Shown here piece by piece: positions 29,657 to 39,653 of a stretch of DNA of 64,000 nt. The translations under genes were made by a program, and so were the position numbers. Source of the DNA: Microcoleus sp. (lineage in GTDB: Bacteria > Cyanobacteriota > Cyanobacteriia > Cyanobacteriales > Microcoleaceae); NCBI GenBank assembly GCA_052279835.1, contig CP181291.1, positions 768,001-832,000 of the forward strand. The letters run 5' to 3'. The stretch's first letter is position 1. Each line of letters opens with the position of its first letter. Below the pieces are notes generated by a model. That model was not told where the DNA came from. It ran no database searches and saw nothing but the letters and a program-made list of their open reading frames with translations.

Positions 29657-29735
29657 ACTGTGGTACTGGCAAAATAGCCTGTGCTTGGGAAGTGACTCCT
29701 ATCCACTGTGGCACGGGCCAAAAAGCCAGTGCCAT
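29657..29735. repeat. REP-like GTGG(C/T)AC..GC...GCC.GTG palindrome pair
   Basis: ctgtggtactggcaaaatagcctgtgc and ctgtggcacgggccaaaaagccagtgcc; relatives at about 32496-32520 and 33110-33140. Confidence 0.55.
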
Positions 29736-29798
29736 GGATCGATTCCAAAAAGCGCGATCGCCCTTGATGACCAAAAGTGCGATCGCCCTTTTCAATTC

Positions 29799-30812
29799 CT
29801 AACCAGAAATCACCTGACTCAAAAGATGAGCCTGAGAACCCTCAAGACGAGGCCCATAAACCTGCACCACCAGAGAAGCTAAAAAATTGCCCCAACGAGC
29901 CGCTTGTGCAGAGTTCAAACCATTAGTAAGTCCAAACAAAACACCGCCCGCAAAAGCATCGCCAGCACCCACAGTATCGATCGCCTTTACCGGAAATCCA
30001 GCCACATCAACAATCTGTTTATTTTCCACAACAACGCAGCCCTTATCCCCATTTGTGATAAAAGCCAAGTCCGAAATTTCGCTCATTTTCCGAGCACACT
30101 CCTCCAAAGATTCCTCCTTAAAAAAGCTGCGAACTTCATCAGCATTGCAAAAGATGACATCGCAATATTCCGAAACCACCTTGTGAAAATCATCCGCAAA
30201 TCGATCGACCAAAAAGCCATCAGAAAAAGTAAAAGCCACCTTCACGCCCAGGCGCTTAGACTGTTCCATCGTTTCAATGCTAGCCTTTCGCGGATCGGGA
30301 GCATCCCACAGATAGCCCTCAACATAACTGTACTTGCAGTGAGATAGGCGATCGACATCAATATCCGTCGCCGCCAGAGTAGTAGAAACCCCCAAATTAG
30401 TACACAAAGTGCGTTCCGCATCAGGAGTAGTCAGCACCACACAAGTACCAGTAGGTCCGTTAGACTCAGCAGGATGGACGTTAAAATCAATCCCCGCCTC
30501 CAGCAAATCTTGCCGATAAAATTCGCCATTAGTATCCTTAGCAACCTTCCCTGAATAATAGCCTTTACCACCGCTCTGAGCCACACCAATCATCGTATTC
30601 GCGGCAGAACCCCCCGATCGCATTTGCAGCGAAGTATGTTCCAAATCGTGCAAAATCCCCCCCTGGATTTCCGAATCCATCAGCGTCATCCCGCCACGAT
30701 TCAGTCCGTGTTTGAGGACAAAATCATCTTCCACTAATGCTAAGATGTCTACGAGGGCATTGCCCACGCCGAACACATCCACGGAACCCAAATCTTGATT
30801 GTTTTCAGTCAT
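29799..30812 (-). CDS. PfkB family carbohydrate / adenosine kinase
   Basis: GVGNALVD, SGGSAANT, DTVGAGDAFAGG; likely start at 30812. Confidence 0.92.
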   Translation of the reverse strand: MTENNQDLGSVDVFGVGNALVDILALVEDDFVLKHGLNRGGMTLMDSEIQGGILHDLEHTSLQMRSGGSAANTMIGVAQSGGKGYYSGKVAKDTNGEFYRQDLLEAGIDFNVHPAESNGPTGTCVVLTTPDAERTLCTNLGVSTTLAATDIDVDRLSHCKYSYVEGYLWDAPDPRKASIETMEQSKRLGVKVAFTFSDGFLVDRFADDFHKVVSEYCDVIFCNADEVRSFFKEESLEECARKMSEISDLAFITNGDKGCVVVENKQIVDVAGFPVKAIDTVGAGDAFAGGVLFGLTNGLNSAQAARWGNFLASLVVQVYGPRLEGSQAHLLSQVISG

Positions 30813-30941
30813 CGCTAAATTTTGGTTGACACTAATTATCAACTTTATAATAAATCGGCTTCAAGTCAACATAGATTTTCTTTAACTTGAATCAAAAACC
30901 AAAAATCTTTCTCAGATTCCCATCTAAAATCCCAAATCAAT

Positions 30942-32474
30942 ATGACTTTTCCCCCTTTGATTCAGCAAATGTTACAACCAGGATTTTATCCCCACACAGT
31001 CACAGAACCGGTGCAGTTAATTCAGACTCACATTTCCTTTGTGTTCCTGACCGGAGAATATGTTTATAAAATCAAAAAACCAGTCAATTTTGGCTTTTTG
31101 GATTATTCCACCTTAGAGAAAAGAAAGCATTTTTGCCATCAAGAATTGCAAATGAATCAGCGAACAGCAGCGGAAATTTACCTGGAAGTTTTGCCCATTG
31201 TTCAAATAGGCGATCGCTTTCAATTTGCCAAGGATGCAGCAGCGACAAATTCGGCTGAAATTCCTGTGGAATACGTCTTGAAAATGCGGGAATTTCCCCA
31301 AACTTCGCTGTTTCTGAGTTTGTTGGAACGGGGAGAGTTGACGGAGGAATTGATGGCAGACTTAGGGCGGGAAGTTGCCAAATTTCACGGCACTACACTT
31401 ACCAATAAGTATATCAGCAAATTTGGCGAAGTCAACCAAATTCGCAAGGCAATAGATAATAATTACCTGATTTCGCAAAAATATATCGGTGGGCCGCAGA
31501 CTCAAGCACAATATCAGGAAACCCAAAATTATACAGACTCATTTTTTGCCGAAAATAAAGAGTTATTTAACCGCCGAATAGCCAATCATAAAATTCGTGA
31601 ATGCCACGGAGATTTGCACTTGCGAAACATCGCATTCTGGCAAAATAAAATATTGCTATTTGATTGCATTGAATTTAACGAGCCTTTTCGGTTTGTGGAT
31701 GTGATGTACGATATTGCCTTCACCGTGATGGATTTGGAATCGCGGGGGCGCAGAGAATTAGGCAATGCTTTTCTCAATACTTATATTGAAGAAACAGGGG
31801 ATTGGGAAGGACTGGAAGTGCTGCCACTATACTTAAGTCGTCAAGCTTATGTGAGAGCAAAAGTAACTTCCTTGATGTTGGATGATGCTAGTATTTCAAC
31901 TACCGAAAAAGCTGAGATTTCACAGACAGCAGCTCATTATTATAAACTGGCTTGGGAATATACAAAACCGCGTCAAGGAAAGTTAACTTTAATGTCAGGT
32001 TTGTCCGGTGCTGGTAAGAGTACAGTGGGTCGATATTTGGCTCGTCACACCGGTGCAATTCACCTTCGTTCCGATGCTGTTCGCAAACATTTAGGTGGAA
32101 TTCCTTTACATGAGCGGGGCGGGCAAGATTTGTACTCGGAGGAAATGACTGCCAAGACCTATGGTAGATTGTTAGAGTTGGGGGTAATGTTGGCAGACAG
32201 AGGTTGGAAAGTGATTTTGGATGCCAAGTTCGATCGCGCTTCCTGGAGAACAGATGCGATCGCTCTGGCTCAATCTCACAATTTGCCACTGGAAATCCTT
32301 TACTGCACTGCGCCAATAGAAGTATTGCGAGAACGTCTGCAACGGCGCAAGGGCGATATTACTGACGCCACAGCAGAACTATTGAATGCCCAGCAAACAG
32401 CCTTTGAACCATTCACAGAATTTGAGCAAAGTTATGTAAAAATTATAGATACAATGTCAGACATTAAGCTATAA
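30942..32474 (+). CDS. Bifunctional aminoglycoside-phosphotransferase-like / AAA kinase protein
   Basis: IQTHISFVF, ECHGDLHLRNI, FDCIEFN; GLSGAGKST P-loop. Confidence 0.9.
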   Translation: MTFPPLIQQMLQPGFYPHTVTEPVQLIQTHISFVFLTGEYVYKIKKPVNFGFLDYSTLEKRKHFCHQELQMNQRTAAEIYLEVLPIVQIGDRFQFAKDAAATNSAEIPVEYVLKMREFPQTSLFLSLLERGELTEELMADLGREVAKFHGTTLTNKYISKFGEVNQIRKAIDNNYLISQKYIGGPQTQAQYQETQNYTDSFFAENKELFNRRIANHKIRECHGDLHLRNIAFWQNKILLFDCIEFNEPFRFVDVMYDIAFTVMDLESRGRRELGNAFLNTYIEETGDWEGLEVLPLYLSRQAYVRAKVTSLMLDDASISTTEKAEISQTAAHYYKLAWEYTKPRQGKLTLMSGLSGAGKSTVGRYLARHTGAIHLRSDAVRKHLGGIPLHERGGQDLYSEEMTAKTYGRLLELGVMLADRGWKVILDAKFDRASWRTDAIALAQSHNLPLEILYCTAPIEVLRERLQRRKGDITDATAELLNAQQTAFEPFTEFEQSYVKIIDTMSDIKL

Positions 32475-32623
32475 TAGACATTGCCAATAATTATTGTGGA
32501 ACCAGCAGAATGTCTGTTCAAAAATGGCGTTTCTGCGAAAGTCTAAGAGAACCCATTGATTTTAATTTGATGCTAATCTGGTGAATATCTTTCCGTTATA
32601 TTAGAAAAAGGACTTGCAAGCCG

Positions 32624-32947
32624 ATGCCAAAATTTACTAGAGATTCCAAGGGGTTTAACCCCGCATTGATTTGGTTTGTGTTATTTACTGTGTGCTTTCG
32701 CTTAATAGGCTCTACTTTGCCCATAAGTATTATCTTCGGCCTGGTGGGAGGTGGAGCAGTGGGTTTGTTGGTAGCTTGGTGGCATAATGAACTGGTACTC
32801 AACCCCAATAAACGTCCCAAGGACAAACCCTCTGATGCTATCCTGAATAAAGAAGTAGTAGAAACCGGTGGCAAATACGGTAAAGGGTCTAGCCGTCAAG
32901 CTTCTACATTACTGGGCTGGTTGTCAGCACCAGAGGATAAGTTTTGA
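32624..32947 (+). CDS. Hypothetical membrane protein
   Basis: 107 aa with two TM segments. Confidence 0.65.
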   Translation: MPKFTRDSKGFNPALIWFVLFTVCFRLIGSTLPISIIFGLVGGGAVGLLVAWWHNELVLNPNKRPKDKPSDAILNKEVVETGGKYGKGSSRQASTLLGWLSAPEDKF

Positions 32948-33158
32948 TTTTTAACAGTACAAGTCTAGGACTGATGCTAAGTGGCACAAGACTATGGACT
33001 TTGAGGGTGTTCTACTAATTTGAGGATGAACGAATTATCCAGGGTTTGTCGATAGTAGAACACCTTGCTTATGGTTGTGACACTGATAGACATTCCCCAA
33101 AAAGCTGGTCTTGAACAGGCTGGATGGCCTGTTCCACAAGCATGATTGGAGAAGTCGA

Positions 33159-33953
33159 ATGTTTGTATTTCTGTCAAAGCTACTACCACTGTTTATCTAT
33201 CCTTTGGGGTTGAGTTGCTTGTTAATGCTGGCGGCTTTAATCATGGTTTTGCAACGTCGGAAATGGTCGGCTTTGCCAATGGCTGTGGCTGTAATTATTT
33301 TACTCTTGGGAAGTAGCGGTTGGGTTTCCAAGTCTCTAGTTAAATCCCTCGAATGGCAAAATTTACCAACAACAGAATTGCCCCAAGCTGATGCTATCAT
33401 TGTCTTGGGTGGTGGTGTCAAAGCTGCTTTACCGCCACGGCCTTGGGTGGAATTGGGCGAAGCTGGCGATCGCATTATTTACGCTTCTCGACTGTATCGT
33501 CAAGGAAAAGCCCCTCTGTTAATTCTCAGTGGCGGTAGAGTAGAGTGGAAAGGTGGCGGAGCTCCCGAATCGGCAGATATGGCAGAAATCGCCCAAACCA
33601 ACGGCGTACCTGCATCAGCAATTCTCCAGGAACCCGATTCACAAAATACCTATCAAAATGCAGTAAATGTCCGAAAAATTCTGGATGCTAAAAATATCAA
33701 AGGGCCGGTTTTGTTAGTCACCTCCGCAATGCACATGACTCGATCGCTCTTAATTTTCCAGCGTCAGGGAATAAAAGTAATAGCCGCGCCCACAGATTTT
33801 CACATCACCCAACAGGATATGGCAGCTTCTCAAAGCAGTTGGCAAGCAGTGATACTAAATTGTCTACCGGATACCTATCAGTTACATCAGTCAACCACAG
33901 CTTTGAAAGAATATATCGGCTTAATGGTATATCGCCTGCTGGGATGGCTGTAG
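33159..33953 (+). CDS. YdcF / DUF218 family membrane protein
   Basis: ADAIIVLGGG, LILSGG, SQNTYQNA, LVTSAMHMTRS, KEYIG; likely start MFVFLSK at 33159. Confidence 0.9.
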   Translation: MFVFLSKLLPLFIYPLGLSCLLMLAALIMVLQRRKWSALPMAVAVIILLLGSSGWVSKSLVKSLEWQNLPTTELPQADAIIVLGGGVKAALPPRPWVELGEAGDRIIYASRLYRQGKAPLLILSGGRVEWKGGGAPESADMAEIAQTNGVPASAILQEPDSQNTYQNAVNVRKILDAKNIKGPVLLVTSAMHMTRSLLIFQRQGIKVIAAPTDFHITQQDMAASQSSWQAVILNCLPDTYQLHQSTTALKEYIGLMVYRLLGWL

Positions 33954-34168
33954 GGGAATTGTTCATGGGAACATCCCGATTTTGCATAGGCTTTCGCATG
34001 ACCGCAGAAAATTTATTAGCGATAACGAGAGATTTACAGCCCTCATGCTACAGCCTATACGAATATATTTGCACTCATTGGAGATTGCAGATTTGCGATT
34101 GAAAATTAAAAAATATGTTAGCTTAAAGTGATTAAAACTAATATCTGGCATAGTCGCCCCAAACAATT

Positions 34169-34402
34169 ATGTTGCCCCACGAGTTGCAAAGCATTGTCCC
34201 AGAACCGACTCCCACGGCCGAAATTTTCCAAAGAAACCAAATTGTCCGCGAGTTTTACGAAGAAGTTAAGTATCGTAAAGAACTGAATCTGCACTGTCAG
34301 TGGTACTATGCTACAGCCAAAAAGCATCAACAGGAATTGCAGAAAATGCAAGGAGATTTGAATATTTTTGGGTGGTTCTGTCGTGGTAGGCAAAAAAAGT
34401 AA
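34169..34402 (+). CDS. Conserved small hypothetical protein
   Basis: 77 aa; REFYEEV..R......CQWYY..A..HQQELQKM pattern. Confidence 0.7.
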   Translation: MLPHELQSIVPEPTPTAEIFQRNQIVREFYEEVKYRKELNLHCQWYYATAKKHQQELQKMQGDLNIFGWFCRGRQKK

Positions 34403-34425
34403 GAGTTTAACCAGCGGAAATTCAT

Positions 34426-34471
34426 AAAAAAACCGAAGCAGTGTGATTTTCCGCTTCGGTTTTCTGGTTTT
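34426..34471. terminator. Probable bidirectional intrinsic terminator
   Basis: aaaaaaaccgaagc-loop-gcttcggttttt between convergent genes. Confidence 0.7.
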
Positions 34472-34480
34472 TTGATAGAC

Positions 34481-34714
34481 CTAAACTTCAGAAGATATTA
34501 ATTCAACTTCATCTTCTCTGAGATGAGCTTTGAATTTTTTGTCAAACTGTACTAAAATCGGCCAATTGGCACTGACAGGTCTACCTTGCCATTCTTTAAC
34601 GATGGCTACTACTTCTCCTTCCATATCCTTGACATCAAATGGTTGATTGCGATTTTGAGGATGGTGGTAGACAACAACAGAGTTTTTAATGCAAACGCGA
34701 TCGCCAACTTTCAT
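34481..34714 (-). CDS. ftrV: Ferredoxin-thioredoxin reductase variable chain
   Basis: MKVGDRV...VVVYHHP..RNQPFD..MEGEV...WQGRPVSANWP..VQF.KKFKAHLREDEVE. Confidence 0.93.
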   Translation of the reverse strand: MKVGDRVCIKNSVVVYHHPQNRNQPFDVKDMEGEVVAIVKEWQGRPVSANWPILVQFDKKFKAHLREDEVELISSEV

Positions 34715-34833
34715 AGGTTATAAAATTTAGTGTTCTTTCTTCACAACTTTGCAAAGCTTACTTAAAACTTGTATGCTTTGCGAACTGTTTATTCATCTTC
34801 TCACAGAAGCTGAACTAAAATTTAAAGTTGGGT

Positions 34834-34970
34834 GGGGGCGGGTTTACGAGATTGTGGGTTTTAGGCAATTATTTCGGTGAACCGGTACATTTGAATTTAC
34901 CGTTGGGGGCGGGCGGGTTTATTGAGATGGTTGATTCTTCTTATATATTGTTGGTGAAACCCGCCCCTAC
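34834..34970. repeat. REP/REPIN-like elements (GGGGCGGGTTT ... AAACCCGCCCCTAC)
   Basis: Arms at 34835-34845, 34911-34920 and 34957-34970. Confidence 0.75.
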
Positions 34971-34982
34971 AGGATGTGGGGG

Positions 34983-37751
34983 TTAATCGGAAAACGATCG
35001 CCCTAACTGCTGCAACCAACACTCAACATCAACGGCTAGGGTTTGACCCAACTCCAGCAACTGTCGAATCACAGGCAACTCCCAGCCACTCTCTGACTCA
35101 ACGATATCCAACTCAGTAAGGTCGATCGCACTTTCAGTCATCGGAGTTGCTTGTCGTTGCAACCAGCCCAAACACAGAGGCACAATTTGACTGTACATGG
35201 AATCAAAATACAGCTCCTGGGATCTATCCAAACACAAACCCAACTCCAGGCGATTCCCAACAGCAATCAAACGCTCAATCGTGCGAATATCAAGTTCTAA
35301 CTCGGCAGGAGACAGCAGCGTCACATCAGAACCCTCTTGCAGCAGCGCCTTCAGAGACCGGTAAATCAACTTTTCCAAAATGTGCTTGACTTCAGGAACC
35401 TTCAGCCGACAGCGGAGGTGGCTAGCTTCTGTCGAAATTGCTTCGATTTCCGCCAGCAGGGAATCCCCGTCAGCAGTTTCCTGTTCCAGGGCCTTGGCCG
35501 CCGTCAAACAGCGGTGTCCCAAGGCCACTTCCGCGGCCACCTGCAACTCCATAGGGACGATCAACTCGTCGCGGTGGAAGGCCATCATCACCCCGTAATT
35601 TTCGCGGTAAACCTGAGTGTAAAGCTGATCTAACCTGGTCAAATTTTCCTGACTCAGCAGCCGGACAATCCGATGACGTTCCTCAGCGAACAAATTCCGC
35701 AAGCTAAAGGATTGATCCCCGAACAGGCGAACCATTTCCAGAATGGCGTGGGCTGCGGAAGCTTCTTGCAAAACCGCAAACAGCCGTTCTTTGAGCATGG
35801 TGTAAGACCGGCGGCTACCGAAAGGCTGAATGCAGCAGTGGAAGTCCCAGCCGCCAAGGTAGAACGCGGCAAATACAAACACTTCGGTTTCCCGTGTAAT
35901 TTCTGAGGTTAATTCCAGTTGACCTACGGCCAGAGTCATGGAGCCCATGCGCTGAATTTGGAAATCTAGCTGCTGGGCTAGATAGCAGTAAACTCGTTGT
36001 TCGCGGGGATATTTGGCAAACAGGGAACTGATGGCGTAGTGGGCTGCAACTTGCTTGAGACTGACTTGGGCGGTGGTGACAAGTTGGCGATAGACTTCTG
36101 CACCTGTTCTGAAGCATTCCACATTACTTGGTACTAGGTTAAGTCGATCGACAAAATCCTTTTCTAACTGGACACCAGTCACTTCCCCAGCCAATTCCAG
36201 CGCACGGGCTGCGTAGCGCAAAATCTGCACCCCTTCGGGGCGGGATATTTCTTCAAAAAACCAGCCGCAGCTAGTGAACATTAACAGGGCGTGGCGCTGC
36301 ATTTCCAGCAGTCGCAAGGCGTCTACTTGTTCGGCGGCTTCTAGGGGGCGAACTTGATGTTTGGAGAAGAATTGGTCAATGTTGGCGGTCGATCGATCGC
36401 CCATAACATCAATATATTCATCTCGCGCCGCCCAGGGATCGCTAAACAACTTGCGCCCCGCTTCCTCATAAATTGGTATGAGTCGATCGCGCAGCCAATT
36501 TAGAGTATCTCGCAAAGGTCGGCGCCATTTGAGATGCCATCCGCCACCACCACCGCAGCCACAATCATCTTGCCAGCGATCGACCCCATGAGAACAACTC
36601 CAAGCTGTCACTGGTTTGAGTTCCACTTCCCAATCGCTAGGATTTTGGCTTAAATAGTGAGCAAAATTCGTCACCGTCCAGCCGCGGCGGGGAAACTCTT
36701 CTGTGAAGGCGTAGGCTAGGCATTTTTCGGTACTATTTTTGTGGTGTCCGAAGGTTTCGCCGTCGGTGGCGACGGAGATTAATTGAGATTTTCGGTGGTC
36801 CCCCCGCACGGCTTGACCCAAGCGCCCTACTAAGTGGTTGCTGCTGCTGAGAACATCATTAAAGCCCATATCCCGCGAGATTGGGCCATCGTAGAAAAAG
36901 ATATCGATGTAGGGAGTATTAGTTGTGGGTTCGGAATTATGCGCGTTGGCGCGACTCAAATTGTGACTGCTAAGGGGGGAGAGTTGGTGGGAAACTGCCA
37001 GCCGCAGTTCTGGTTTCAAGTAGCAGCGGTAGGGGCGAGTCGGATCGATTTGACCTCCCCCGACTTCGCGCCATTCGGGATCGCTATTGTCATGACCTGG
37101 AAGTTGGCGGCAGCGTTCGGCTTGGGAGGGGGCGAGGACGATGAAGCGAATGCCCTCAGCTACCAAAACTTCGAGGGTGGCGTAGTCTACCGCAGTTTCG
37201 GCCAGCCACATTCCTTCGGGGGCGCGATCGAACCGGGAACGGAAATCTGCGATCCCCCAGCGAATTTGGGTTTTTTTGTCTCGCTCGTTGGCCAGCGGCA
37301 TGATGATGTGATTGTATACTTGGGCGATCGCGTTACCATGACCATTGAGTCTTTGACAGCTTTTGCGATCGGCTTCCAGAATCCGTTGATATACTTCCTC
37401 GTCGTAGCGTTCCAGCCAACTCATCAGGGTCGGGCCGATGTTGAAGCTGAGATATTCGTAGTTATTGACGATCCCCGCGACTTCGCCACGATCGTTGAGG
37501 ATGCGCGCAAAGGCGTTGGGGCGATAGCATTCCTTGTCTATGCGTTCGTTCCAGTCGTGGAAGGGATGGGCGCTGGCTTGGCGTTCGATCGCATCTAGGT
37601 AAGGGTTTTCCCGTGGTGGCTGGTAGAAGTGACCGTGAACCGTCACGCATACTCCTGTGGCTGTAGCCACCATGTTTTGGGTTCCGGCCGTTGTTTCCCG
37701 TGTGTCGGAGAAACTCAGCGCAGCGGATTTAGTCTGAGAAATGGAAACCAT
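34983..37751 (-). CDS. Glycoside hydrolase family 57 with DUF3536 domain
   Basis: VHGHFYQPPRENP, YNHIIMPLA, EGMWLAETAVD, ATDGETFGHH, AWSCSHGVDRW, FTSCGWFF. Confidence 0.93.
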   Translation of the reverse strand: MVSISQTKSAALSFSDTRETTAGTQNMVATATGVCVTVHGHFYQPPRENPYLDAIERQASAHPFHDWNERIDKECYRPNAFARILNDRGEVAGIVNNYEYLSFNIGPTLMSWLERYDEEVYQRILEADRKSCQRLNGHGNAIAQVYNHIIMPLANERDKKTQIRWGIADFRSRFDRAPEGMWLAETAVDYATLEVLVAEGIRFIVLAPSQAERCRQLPGHDNSDPEWREVGGGQIDPTRPYRCYLKPELRLAVSHQLSPLSSHNLSRANAHNSEPTTNTPYIDIFFYDGPISRDMGFNDVLSSSNHLVGRLGQAVRGDHRKSQLISVATDGETFGHHKNSTEKCLAYAFTEEFPRRGWTVTNFAHYLSQNPSDWEVELKPVTAWSCSHGVDRWQDDCGCGGGGGWHLKWRRPLRDTLNWLRDRLIPIYEEAGRKLFSDPWAARDEYIDVMGDRSTANIDQFFSKHQVRPLEAAEQVDALRLLEMQRHALLMFTSCGWFFEEISRPEGVQILRYAARALELAGEVTGVQLEKDFVDRLNLVPSNVECFRTGAEVYRQLVTTAQVSLKQVAAHYAISSLFAKYPREQRVYCYLAQQLDFQIQRMGSMTLAVGQLELTSEITRETEVFVFAAFYLGGWDFHCCIQPFGSRRSYTMLKERLFAVLQEASAAHAILEMVRLFGDQSFSLRNLFAEERHRIVRLLSQENLTRLDQLYTQVYRENYGVMMAFHRDELIVPMELQVAAEVALGHRCLTAAKALEQETADGDSLLAEIEAISTEASHLRCRLKVPEVKHILEKLIYRSLKALLQEGSDVTLLSPAELELDIRTIERLIAVGNRLELGLCLDRSQELYFDSMYSQIVPLCLGWLQRQATPMTESAIDLTELDIVESESGWELPVIRQLLELGQTLAVDVECWLQQLGRSFSD

Positions 37752-38582
37752 TCGATCGAATCCTCAAGTAGTTTAAAGACAACAAAAACCGCAAGAATTA
37801 ATTGCAGAAACTTTTGACAGTGCGCGTTTGAGCGTCAGGTATCTGTCATGGCTAATTTTTGCTAAACAAATTTTGATACATCTGTTGTAGTAGTGTGGCA
37901 AAGCATTCGTTCCGAGATGCCGATCGTCAATCCCTGAGTTTTTCCGTAAATGCTTTGTTGTTGAGTTAGTTAAAAAATGTGCTGTTCCTGCTTTCTGGCA
38001 CTTGCGACCCATTTCAGGTTAGTGTTTGCAGGGTTGTTGATTGAGTTTTTATTTACATGGCTGGATCGTAAAGTGTAATTCATTAAATAGCAAGTTTCCG
38101 CCGTAAAAATTTAATGTTTGGGCTATAGACTTTGGCGGCTGTGGAGAGCGGTTTAACGCCCGATCGATTGATATAATCAGGGTTTGGGCCGAGTTTTGCA
38201 CCATTCTCTATTTGCCAGTTGGGTAATTCCTGTAGGAGTGGTGCCAAGTGGGCGATCGGGGGCAGATTTGCTGCAAATGTACTTTCCAGAAAAGCTGTAA
38301 CGGTGGCGGGGTGTCAAAAGGTGGCCAACAAGCAAAATATTAATGATTATATCTTTTAACGCGCGATCGGTCTGGGGGGGCAGAGCAACTGAAGGAGGAT
38401 GAGTTAGAAGCTAGTGTTTTCACAACAAATAAATTAATGGAAGGAGACACCTAATTATGTTAACCTCAAACCTCTTTTAGATATACCTTGCTCAGTTTAA
38501 TAAACTTATAGCTGAGGGAGAGGCAATGAATGATAAGGTATTTTATAAATACCAAATTTTAAATTTTGAGGTTTAAATCAGT

Positions 38583-39086
38583 GTGGATCTGAATACCAAA
38601 AAAGAGGAATTTAGCTATGCTTATGTCTATGGGGTAACAGCCTCTGCCGGCTACTCATTCCAAATAGCTCCACGTCCCTTAGATGCAGAAGGAGTTGACG
38701 TAATTCTGACAGGTTTGGGACTATCAAAATCAACGCGCCGCCCCCGCCTAGATGTCCAAATAAAATGCACCTCCAGAAAATTACTCGATAATGAAATTAT
38801 CCGATATCCCCTAGAAGTTAAAAACTATGAAGAATTAAGGCTAGAAAACCCTTTTGTCCCCCGCATTCTCATTATCGTTTTAGTACCAGACAGCGAAGAG
38901 GATTGGTTGCGCCAGTCTCAACAAGAACTCTGCCTTCGCTATTGTGGCTACTGGGCATCATTGCGGGGGCTACCGCCCACCCAAAATCAAAACACTGTCA
39001 CTGTTCAAATACCCACACAAAACATTTTCAACAGAGATGCTTTAAAAACTCTCATGCAGCGAATTGAATCAGGAGAACTCCTATGA
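38583..39086 (+). CDS. DUF4365 family PD-(D/E)xK-like protein
   Basis: KEEFSYAYV, DAEGVD, LDVQIKCTS, YPLEVKNYEEL, PRILIIVLVP, YWASL. Confidence 0.85.
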   Translation: MDLNTKKEEFSYAYVYGVTASAGYSFQIAPRPLDAEGVDVILTGLGLSKSTRRPRLDVQIKCTSRKLLDNEIIRYPLEVKNYEELRLENPFVPRILIIVLVPDSEEDWLRQSQQELCLRYCGYWASLRGLPPTQNQNTVTVQIPTQNIFNRDALKTLMQRIESGELL

Positions 39087-39625
39087 TAGTAACAGTCCGC
39101 GATCCCGATATTCTCAAAACCTTAGAACCGCCTAAAGTCGCTGCTTACTTACAAAAAAACGGATGGCACGAACAAAGTCGAGACGGTGACAAATCATCCA
39201 TCTGGACTCGCAAGAATGAAGCAGGCGAAGACTACGAAATCTTGTTAGCTCTCAAACCAAAAGTCAGCGGTTTTGCTCTGCGGATGTATGAAGTCATGGA
39301 AACCTTAGAAATCGCTGAAAAACGCTCTCAACTTGAAATATTAGCAGACCTAATTACCTCACTTCCTAATATTACCTTAGAGGGAATTGTTATGCAAATA
39401 CATAGCCAAAATGCCCAAAATTTAAGTGGTGAGATTACTCTCTTAGGTGTTGTTGCTGACAAATTGCGAAAAATTGAAACCTCACTCGGAGACAAAGATT
39501 ATATTCTGGCTATTAAAGCCTATCAAGAACGCTTACCTATTTTCTGTACGGGCGACTTAATCAAAGACAACAACACCTTTATCCTGAAAAATCCCCACAA
39601 CTTAACCATCGATGAATTGTGGTAA
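39083..39625 (+). CDS. Hypothetical protein translationally coupled to the DUF4365 gene
   Basis: ATGA overlap; AYLQKNGW..., LEIAEKRS, DYILAIKAYQ...CTGDL. Confidence 0.8.
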   Translation: MIVTVRDPDILKTLEPPKVAAYLQKNGWHEQSRDGDKSSIWTRKNEAGEDYEILLALKPKVSGFALRMYEVMETLEIAEKRSQLEILADLITSLPNITLEGIVMQIHSQNAQNLSGEITLLGVVADKLRKIETSLGDKDYILAIKAYQERLPIFCTGDLIKDNNTFILKNPHNLTIDELW

Positions 39626-39653
39626 AACTAACAGATTTTGTCGAATATCTGTA

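Larger units (their letters stand above)
26308..29790 (+). repeat. 13 extended-HIP1 motifs (G/A)CGATCGC(CCTT) at gene junctions; the 12 CCTT-tailed copies are co-oriented
   Basis: Copies start at 26308, 26333, 27070, 27095, 27845, 27892, 27949, 27996, 28020, 28063 (no CCTT), 28726, 29754, 29779. Confidence 0.9.

Noticed and set aside
36834..37598. 254-aa plus-strand ORF
   Set aside because: Fully antisense to the well-supported GH57 gene, with no recognisable motif
37760..38580. Riboswitch, tRNA or ncRNA in the long intergenic region
   Set aside because: No cloverleaf or riboswitch consensus recognised by eye; an Rfam/Infernal scan would be needed
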